Assembly (NCBI GenBank): GCA_002104945.1
Contig: MCFH01000020.1
Coordinates: forward strand, 124,001-188,000
Length of the DNA stretch: 64,000 nt
Origin: Piromyces finnis finn
Taxonomy: Eukaryota; Fungi; Neocallimastigomycota
Direction of reading: 5' to 3'
Position numbers and translations under genes: made by a program. Shown here piece by piece: positions 55,316 through 64,000 of this stretch (within the stretch, counting starts at the first letter, position 1; the number at the start of each line of letters is the position of its first letter). Below the pieces are notes generated by a model. The model was not told where the DNA came from. It saw only the letters and a program-made list of their open reading frames with translations, and did not search any database.

Positions 55316-57705
55316 AAAATCATTTAAAGAACTAAAATTTAAACGATAACTTAACCTTTATAAATTGAGTAAAATTTTTATTATTGCTATTATCAATATT
55401 TAAATATATTATTTTTATGCTTAAAATAATATTTTTACAGACTCCACCATATTTTACATTATTTATATAAATTTATATAAATATATAACATTTTGTTTTT
55501 TTTAATATTTTTAATTAAAAAAGTTTTTATTTTTAAAATAAATCAATGTTAATAACATCTTACTTTATGAATATTTTTATATGATTGCTTTTGGAAATTT
55601 ATATTTTATAAATAATATATATATATATATTTATACTTTTTTTTTTTGGAAAATACTTATCCATATACATTATAATATATTATTGAATTTTTATTTATAA
55701 ACGTTTTATTAATTAATTTTATGTTTAAAGTTTTTTTTTTTCAAAATATTTAATTTTTACTTTATAAATAATGACATATAAAGATACTTTAAAATGATAT
55801 TAAATAAAATTTAATTTTTTTTTTAAATAAATATACTATAATTAAATATTATATAAAAAAAACCTAGGTTAAGAGAGGTATCATTATAAATAATTGTATA
55901 GTACTTACTATAAAATAATTTATAATAGTATAAAAAAAAAAAAAAACAAGATTTTTAAAGTTTTCTTATAATGAAGTGGTATACAAAATAGAATATTTCA
56001 CAAATTTTTTTTTTTTGCTTTTAAAAAAAAAATTAAAAATTAATTATATTAAGAAATATACTTAGCAATTATTTAAATTTTATTGGTTCGAAATATTAAT
56101 ATCTTGTATACTTTTTTTTTTCATTTTTTATTGTTACACGAATTTAATTTAATTATATATAATATATTATAATATATATAAAAATATAGAATTTAATTTA
56201 ATAAAACATATATTAATTCGTAAAAAAGTACTGAGCAAATTTTTACTACTTCACTAACATTTTAAAAAATAATGAATATTTTAAAGAATTAATAGATTAA
56301 TGCTATTATTATGCTTATTATTTTTGTAATTAAGGATTTCAATAATTAGATAAAATTTATACATATTCTAAAAATATTAATATTAATAGTATGGTGTTAA
56401 TAATGGAAATCATATTTTTATTTTATTTTATTATAAAAACCATTTTTTGCTCTTGAATTTGATGAAAAAAAAAAAAAAAAGAATTATTCTTTAGAATTAA
56501 ATAAAGAAAAGAAACTAGCAATATTTTTTTAATTTATTTAAATTATATTTGTTTTATATTTTTTTTTTTTAAAAAAAATTAAAATTTTTTTCTTTCAATT
56601 TAATTATATCCAGCTTTATTATTATTATATATATTATAATAGATTAAAAATTTCAAAAAAAAAAAAAAAAAAAAAAATAAAAAATTTATATTTTGATGTC
56701 AAATCCACTCTTATATAAAGTTATTATAATAAAACTATCACCAAATATTAAAAGTTAACTAATATTATGGAATAGTAATAATGATAATAAATAATAATAA
56801 TGGTAATTTAAATTTATTGTTATTAATCTGCCATTTTAATTAGAACAAATATGTTAATGTTTAATTTTTAAGGGAAAGTAATGAAGATTAGTATTTATTT
56901 AATAGAATATTAAATTAGTCCATTCATTAAGAATAAAATTATTAATGAATTAAAAGAAATATTAATATACAATACTTCCATATATATATAACTAATTATA
57001 TATAAAAAAAAAGAAAAAAAAAAAGTGAAGTAAAATTGCCAAAAAAATAAAGTATATATATGTTTTTATATATTATATAGTACATTGGAATATATTGTTA
57101 TGCTAGTTTCCATTTCATTATTTATTTAAAAGAACTTTTCATTAATTAAAGTTTAGAAATTAATATGAAGGTTAAGCTCATTCATTATATTATATATTAA
57201 TCATATACAAATTAAGAAAGAGCTTAATTTAACCATCTTTTCAAATTTAGAGGTAACTAATTAATTAATTATTAATTAAGGTTTACTATAAAACATATAA
57301 AATTAAATTAATAAAAGTTAATATTTCTTAGAAATTAAATATTAAAAAAGTGGTAGTTTTTATTATGAGACGATACTAATTCTTATATGGTTTAATATAA
57401 TATGGAATTAGAAATGCATTTATTTATTATAAATTAAAAAAATAATTGTTTAATATAATATTATAATATATTATTATAATCAAGGATTTATAAAGAATAT
57501 CTGTTGTAAACATTAATAAAAAAGTATATAAAGAAAAGAAAATGAACAAATTAATATAAAATTTTATTTACTAAAAAAATATAGAATTAAAAAAAAAAAA
57601 GAGGTTTTGTTATATATAAATTAATAGAAACAAAACCAAGTTACTTAATAAAAACAAAATAATAAATAATATAAAACAAAAAAAAAAAATAATAATAATA
57701 ATAAA

Positions 57706-59238
57706 ATGAAGGTTTTCAGTAAAATTTTAACTTTACTCTCTGCTACCACTGTTTATTCTTACAGTTTACAAGGAAAGGTTAAGAGAGAAATTGAAGACCA
57801 ATGTACTATTGGTATTACTCAATTTGACGATTGTTTTGTTAGTCAATCTGTTGATCAATTATGTTCAAATTACAATTCTGAAAGATGTCAAAATTTCGTT
57901 TTTAATCCAGTAGCTTCTGTTCCAGCTTGTCAATCTTTATCAGAAGAACAACAACAAGCTATTACAAGTGATGTCTTCAACAAGGTTATCTTCCCAGCTA
58001 CCGTTGCTTCTATTCAATGTCAAAAGGATGAAAGTGGTAACTATTGTTCACAAGCTACTGAAGGTGATGTTGCCACTAAGCTCACCAATGTCATCAATGA
58101 TGCTGCTAAATCAAAGCAATGTACTGATAATGCCATTTGGGCCTTAAACTATGTTGTTTCTGATAATGCTAATGTCACTCCATCTAATGAAGCTATTGCT
58201 GCTGCTGCTAAGCAAGGCTTAGAAACTTTAAATGCTACTCAAAAATGTCTTGCTGAAGTCGCTGAAATGGATGATTGCTACCAAGGTGAAAATATTGATC
58301 AAGTATGCTCTAGTTACTTCTCAGACAAATGCCAAAATGCTATTATTAACCCAGATTCTGTTGCTCCATCATGCAAATCTTTACCACAAGAATTACAACA
58401 ATCAATTAAGAGCAAGCACTTCAACAAGGTTATCTTCCCAGCTACCGTTGCTTCTATTCAATGTCAAAAGGATGAAAGTGGTAACTATTGTTCACAAGCT
58501 ACTGAAGGTGATGTTGCCACTAAGCTCACCAATGTCATCAATGATGCTGCTAAATCTAAGCAATGTACTGATAATGCCATTTGGGCCTTAAACTATGTTG
58601 TTTCTGATAATGCTAACAATACTCCATTTAATGAAGCTATTGCTGCTGCTGCTAAGCAAGGCTTAGAAACTTTAAATGCTACTCAAAAATGTCTTGCTGA
58701 AGTCGCTGAAATTGACAATTGTTTCCAAGGTGAAAATATTGATCAATTATGTGGTAATTATATTTCAGATAAATGTCAAGCTGCTATTATTAATCCAATT
58801 TCAGCTGCTCCATCATGCCAATTCTTACCACAAGAACAACAAGATGCTATTAAGAGCGATCTTTTCAATAGAGTTATCTTCCAAGCTGGTGTTGCTTCAA
58901 TTCAATGCCAAAAGGATGAAAATGGTGCTTACTGCTCTCAAGCCAATGATTTATTTACTGTTGTTACCGACTCTTGCAAGTCCAAGCAATGTGCTGACAA
59001 TGCTACTTATATCTTAAATTATATGCTTTCTGATAATGGTAACGTCCAACAATCTAATAATGATATGGCTACTGTTGCTAAACAAGGTTTAGAATACTTA
59101 CAATCTGAATCATGTAATGCTTATACTGTCAAGAATTTCCAAAATGACGAAATTGAATCTGAAGATGAACAATATGCTAGTGTTGATGCTGAAATTGTTG
59201 AAGATGAAGATTCTGTTTCTGACAATGATGAAAACTAA
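57706..59238 (+). CDS. Secreted Cys-rich protein with three ~148-aa tandem repeats and an acidic tail, intronless
   Basis: Signal peptide MKVFSKILTLLSATTVYS, dibasic KVKR site, three repeats of about 8 Cys each, and strong preferred-codon bias. No dockerin. Confidence 0.9.
   Translation: MKVFSKILTLLSATTVYSYSLQGKVKREIEDQCTIGITQFDDCFVSQSVDQLCSNYNSERCQNFVFNPVASVPACQSLSEEQQQAITSDVFNKVIFPATVASIQCQKDESGNYCSQATEGDVATKLTNVINDAAKSKQCTDNAIWALNYVVSDNANVTPSNEAIAAAAKQGLETLNATQKCLAEVAEMDDCYQGENIDQVCSSYFSDKCQNAIINPDSVAPSCKSLPQELQQSIKSKHFNKVIFPATVASIQCQKDESGNYCSQATEGDVATKLTNVINDAAKSKQCTDNAIWALNYVVSDNANNTPFNEAIAAAAKQGLETLNATQKCLAEVAEIDNCFQGENIDQLCGNYISDKCQAAIINPISAAPSCQFLPQEQQDAIKSDLFNRVIFQAGVASIQCQKDENGAYCSQANDLFTVVTDSCKSKQCADNATYILNYMLSDNGNVQQSNNDMATVAKQGLEYLQSESCNAYTVKNFQNDEIESEDEQYASVDAEIVEDEDSVSDNDEN
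57975..58712 (+). repeat. Intragenic near-identical duplication: 57975-58268 versus 58419-58712 (period 444 bp)
   Basis: About 294 bp match with only a few substitutions, while the other halves of the repeats are clearly diverged. Confidence 0.9.
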
Positions 59239-60186
59239 ATATACTAAATAAATATTTATTATTACTATTATTAAATAATTAATTTATAATGATTTTTTTT
59301 TGATAAAATATCACTCATAAAGAAAATAAGAAAATATACAAAAGTAGTTTTCGTCTATATTTAAACCAAAAATGATTTATTTTTTGATAAAATATCATTA
59401 AAATATAGAGTATATAAAAGAAAGAAAAAAAAAATAAATTCTTTCTTTTTTAAATTATATAAGAAAAACAATATTATTGATTTTTCATTATAAAAAATAA
59501 GATATAAAGTATAGAAATAATTAATTTATTACATATTAAAAATAAAAATGAAATTACATATACAAAATATACAATAATATAATACATTATATAATATAAC
59601 ATAATATAATATATAATGCTATAGTAAAAAGGGGAATAATTTACCAAAAAAATAAAATAAACATAGAATAAAATCTAAATAAAACCTAAATATAAAAAAA
59701 AAAAAAAAAAAAAGGATTTTTTATGGTTAACTTAGAGTGTTGATATTAAGTAAAAAGAAGCTAGAAAATAAAATATTTAAAAGTTATTTAATAACAATTA
59801 ATTATTAAATTTTATATTATTTTATTATTTTTTTTTTTTGTTTTTTAGTTTAATTTTTATTTTATATAATTTATTTATTATTAAATCAAAAGATTTATTT
59901 TTTAAATATTTAATAATTAAATTATTTTTGAAATAAAATTCTATGTATTTTTTTTTTAAACTTATTCTATTTAAATATGTATATATATTCATTTGGAAAA
60001 AATGAAATGCTTTAAATATTATAAGATAGTTTCAGCTATCCCTTTCTTTCTTTTCCAGAAAGAAAAAAAAAAATTTTTTTTTTTTTTAAAATTCTTCTAT
60101 CCTATAAATATACGAAAAAGTAATATTTTAATTTTTTCTTTTTTATTTTTTTTTTCTTAATAATTTTCAAAATCATTAAAAGATTT

Positions 60187-61851
60187 TTAGTTAGAATCTT
60201 CAGCAGAATCTTCTTCTTCATTGACATCAACATCAACATCAACTTCAACTTCAGAATTTGAGTCGTCATTATCAGAAGATGGAGTTGAAGTGACATCTTC
60301 AAAATCAGCAGTGGTAGTAACTTCAACTGGTTCAGTTTCTTCATCTTCAATATCAGTAGTTACTGGCTTTTCAAAACCTGGACAAGTAATATCGTAGTAA
60401 GAACAAATAAAGTTGTAACGTCTTTGAATCCATTCCTTAAGACCGTAAGCCTTGTCAACCATGGTGTATTCTGTATTTTTAATAAAGTCATCATAGTCAT
60501 AACCATAAGTGTAACCATAGGTATTAATACGACCTGGTAAAACACCATCAACCTCAGTACGATCTTCAGCAATATATGGTTCAATCCATTTCTTAAGACT
60601 ATCAATATGTGGGAAAAGAACATCAGGGTTGAAGGCCTTATCAACGATATATTGAAGATTCTTTAAGAATGAAGCTTCATCATTCTTAACTAAAACATCA
60701 ACAATTGGACGTAAGAAGTACCATTTAGTGAATGGAAGTTCTGGTGCAGTTTCAATCTTGAAGGTGTATTTATCAACTTCAACACCAAACATAGAATCGA
60801 AATCGTAGTATAAAACAGTCCATTTGCCATTTGGTTGTTTATATAAAAAGTAATTCTTACCATTAATTAACATATGATCACCAGAACCAAGAAGGTATTC
60901 TAAAATCCATCCTTGAATAAAAGCATCAACATCCATAATATCTTCAATTTCCTCACGAGATTTAGCAGCGTTAATAGTAGCAAGGAATTCCTTTAATTCT
61001 TCAGTATCATCAGCACGTTCATCATCGGAATTAACACAATTTAAGTAAGAATCGGCACTTAAATCAGAGAACATTGGCTTACATTGATAAAGGTTTTTAA
61101 CTTCCTTATCATCAAAGTATTGTTTAATCCAGGAAGACTTGTAATTATCCATGATAACATATAAACCTGAAAAATCACCATTTAAATGAAGACGAACATA
61201 GTTAGCAGAAATAGATGGTAAACCTAAACGGTTGAATAAATCACAAGTAAGCTTAGAACGCATTAAAGTGGCATCACCATCATTAGAACGAAGACGTAAA
61301 ACCTTTCTACCTAAAAGTTTACCCTTATTACATTTAATGTTAAAGCTAACCTTTTGGGTATTTCTACTATGTTCACCACCAACAGAAATTGAAAGAGATG
61401 GAATAATATAGTTTTCACCATTAAGTTCGAGTCTGAGTGAAGCATCTTCAATTTTAACATTTTGTTCTTCTTTAGTACCTGGATTAACTAAAGACATACC
61501 TCCACCTGGTGGACCTCCTGGACCATCTGGACCATCTGGACCTGGTGGTGGTGGACCTCCTGGACCTCCTGGACCTCCTGGAAATTCATTATTTTCATTT
61601 CCTGGAGCACCTGGTGGTGGTGGTGGTATCATATCAGGATTTAAGTTGAATCCATTAACACTTGCTGAATAGATTAAACGGTCAAATTCATCCTTTTCCA
61701 TATCGATGTAAACATCTGGAATATTATTATCAGTTAATGTAAAAAGGTCTGCACGATTGGTATCTTTAAGAAAATCATCTTTAACGACATTAGCAGATAC
61801 CTTTGAGGTAAGAGCTATTAAAGCAACACTTAAAATAGTAGAAAACTTCAT
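60187..61851 (-). CDS. cotH: Secreted CotH-family (spore coat kinase-like) protein with Pro/Gly insert and acidic Thr-rich tail, intronless
   Basis: Signal peptide; SVGGEHSRNTQKVSFNIK, LRLRSNDGDATLMRSKL, ANYVRLHLNGDFSGLYVIMD, GDHMLINGKNYFLY, YYDFDSMFG and GLKEWIQRRY. Confidence 0.9.
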   Translation of the reverse strand: MKFSTILSVALIALTSKVSANVVKDDFLKDTNRADLFTLTDNNIPDVYIDMEKDEFDRLIYSASVNGFNLNPDMIPPPPPGAPGNENNEFPGGPGGPGGPPPPGPDGPDGPGGPPGGGMSLVNPGTKEEQNVKIEDASLRLELNGENYIIPSLSISVGGEHSRNTQKVSFNIKCNKGKLLGRKVLRLRSNDGDATLMRSKLTCDLFNRLGLPSISANYVRLHLNGDFSGLYVIMDNYKSSWIKQYFDDKEVKNLYQCKPMFSDLSADSYLNCVNSDDERADDTEELKEFLATINAAKSREEIEDIMDVDAFIQGWILEYLLGSGDHMLINGKNYFLYKQPNGKWTVLYYDFDSMFGVEVDKYTFKIETAPELPFTKWYFLRPIVDVLVKNDEASFLKNLQYIVDKAFNPDVLFPHIDSLKKWIEPYIAEDRTEVDGVLPGRINTYGYTYGYDYDDFIKNTEYTMVDKAYGLKEWIQRRYNFICSYYDITCPGFEKPVTTDIEDEETEPVEVTTTADFEDVTSTPSSDNDDSNSEVEVDVDVDVNEEEDSAEDSN

Positions 61852-63723
61852 TATTATTATATTGATATCTTTAATGTTTCGTTATCTTGATAATATAAAT
61901 TTTGTATTTATTATATTATGTAATATATTTATATTTTATATTAAACAAGTAACTAATATTTATATTAAATTATTTAATGTTAATTTAGTAATTGATAAAA
62001 ATGAACAAATTATTTATTGGAAATTAATTAAATATTATTTTTTTGCTTATACTTTATTTTATAATAATAAAAGCAATAATATTTAGAACTAACCTTAATT
62101 TTATTGTTATTTATTTTTACTTATTTATTTATTTATTTTTTATTTTATTTTATTTTATTTTTTATTTTTTTATTTTATTTTTTTTTATTTAAAAGAGTTG
62201 TTTTGAAAGTTTTTTTGTTTATTTATATGGATTAATAATTTTTCTTTTTTTTTTATTAATTTATAAATTTCATAATTAAATATCGTTTTAATATTGTGTA
62301 ACATAAAATATCTCCCATAAAAACATGATTATTTACTATAGAATAAAAACCTGAATTAATAATATTGATTCTGCAAATATTTAATTGTATTGTATAACCA
62401 ATATTAATAATGCTGTATAAAATGCGTTTTATTCATAGTAAACCTATTGTAAGTTTCTTCTTCGATATAATATTCTTGGGAGTATTCCTTTTTAATATTT
62501 AAACAAATTTTTATACATTAATGTATCATTTTTATGTTTTATTTGTTTAGATAATTACCAATATATTTATAGGGATGTTACACATAAATCTACAGATATT
62601 TTAAGATTAAAAAAAAAATATCATAATAAAAGAATGAAAAACGAAAAACGAGCTATATAAAAACATTGAAAAAAGATAAAGTCATTCTTAAATAAGTAAT
62701 TAAACTAGGAATTTCTTTAAACTATATATAGCTAAAATGAGATAATCTATATTATAATTTTGAAATTTTTGTTTTTTTTGTGTCTAATTCTTTTTCTTTT
62801 TTTTTTTTTTTTTTGTTAATTAATATAAAACAAATTTTTAATTAAATTATTCATTATTTGTATAAATTATTATTTTATTAAAATAATATATTTTAAAGAG
62901 TTTAATTACGATAAAAAATTTTTTTAAGAATTTGTATCACCTTTATTTTTTTTCCATAACCAAATTTGGAAATGATTTAAAATTTTAATTTCTATGGAAT
63001 AGTAATAATATATATATATATTTTAATTATATATTATTCATATATTAATAAATTCACCTTTAAAAAAAGTTATTTAACGATCAATATTTAATTCTTTGAA
63101 AGAAATTAAACCTTCTATTACTAATGATAGTGGTTATTATTAATATAAAAATAAAAATAAAAATTAATAATTAAATAAAAAATACTAGAAAAAATAATAA
63201 AACAGTTTTTGTATAGTTTTATATTTGTTATTTTAAATATTTTTATTTTTCTTTATATAATAAATGATACTATAGTTTTTTTAAAAAATTATAAGAATGC
63301 CATTATAATTAAATAATTTTAAAAAAATATAATTTTCTTTCATTACAAAAGCTATATTTTTGTTATGTAAATAAGTAATGATTGTATATATATCTAATTA
63401 TTGGAATAGGTAATGAAATATACTATACTATAAATAATAAATATAATAGGTATACATACATTTTTAATACATTATTAATGGAATAATGGAAAATATATTA
63501 AAACAAAATATCTTTTTTTTTTAGATTTTTATTTATAGAACATAATATATATAAATAAACATATAATATATATACATAATTTGTACTCAAAAAAAAAAAA
63601 AATTAATAATTTGGAGTCTCTAATTTATATATACCAAATTATACATTAAAGATATAATAGTAATATTAAAAATATTCTTTTTTTTTATCAAATAGATATT
63701 TATCATATTTATCATCAATTCAT

Positions 63724-64000
63724 TTACCATCTGTTATTCCAACGATTGTTATTCCATCTTGATGTGGTAGTACGTCTTTTAGTAGTAGTAGTATGTCTTT
63801 TATTGGTCTTTCTTCCATTTCCTCTACAATTGTCATCAACAATACCACACCAATTACCATTCTCAATACCCCATTCTCCGGATTTATCAATATAATAAAC
63901 TTTACAACCATTACAACATGGGAAACCATAACTTCTTGACCAACATCTTCTACTATTTATAATATTACATTCTTTAGATTTAATACCACACCATTGACCG
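63724..64000 (-). CDS. C-terminal end of a cellulosome-type protein with fungal non-catalytic dockerin domains (gene starts beyond the window)
   Basis: Frame 63999-63724 reads GQWCGIKSKECNIINSRRCWSRSYGFPCCNGCKVYYIDKSGEWGIENGNWCGIVDDNCRGNGRKTNKRHTTTTKRRTTTSRWNNNRWNNRW*. CW..GYPCC...WGIENGNWCGI is the Neocallimastigomycota dockerin signature. The ORF track called the wrong frame. Confidence 0.93.
   Translation of the reverse strand, partial: GQWCGIKSKECNIINSRRCWSRSYGFPCCNGCKVYYIDKSGEWGIENGNWCGIVDDNCRGNGRKTNKRHTTTTKRRTTTSRWNNNRWNNRW

Noticed and set aside
58232-59017. Repeated alternative-frame ORFs MLLKNVLLKSLK...
   Set aside because: By-products of the biased codons and internal duplication of the 57706-59238 gene.
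59289-59400. Two similar TGATTT...GATAAAATATCA elements downstream of the Cys-repeat gene
   Set aside because: Short, imperfect and AT-only; not distinguishable from background without statistics.
63720-63929. 69-aa minus-strand ORF MVSHVVMVVK...
   Set aside because: Wrong frame; the overlapping frame encodes clear dockerin domains.

Overview
Extremely AT-rich, intron-containing eukaryotic DNA. The fungal non-catalytic dockerin domains, CotH protein and bacterial-type tam gene point to an anaerobic gut fungus (Neocallimastigomycota); this is inferred from gene content. About 16 protein-coding loci are present, most fragmented by short GT-AG introns, so the ORF track misses or splits them. 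Housekeeping genes: OPI3, a SNF2/STH1 remodeler, RPP1, eIF5, a TFIIIC-90-like subunit and an Abraxas-like MPN- protein. Accessory loci: a free-standing I9 protease inhibitor, a 4x cNMP-binding/F-box/LRR protein, a bacterial-type trans-aconitate methyltransferase, a one-LRR-per-exon receptor-like protein, a Cys-rich repeat secreted protein, a CotH protein and a dockerin protein. There is one complete, very young Ty1/copia element (49324-55315). Two observations stand out. (1) ORF fragments from 8.0 to about 15 kb splice, with consistent phase across 8 introns, into one >1,800-aa Mutator/MULE-type DDE transposase-derived gene. It has a Cys-rich N-terminal domain, intact D/D/CxxH/E residues, a SWIM finger and a long acidic tail carrying an unrecognised W-K-x-I-K repeat, and is a candidate domesticated transposase. 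(2) The copia primer-binding site matches the anticodon arm of tRNA-Lys(CUU), suggesting half-tRNA priming by a lysine tRNA. All domain calls were made by eye from motifs; no database searches were run.
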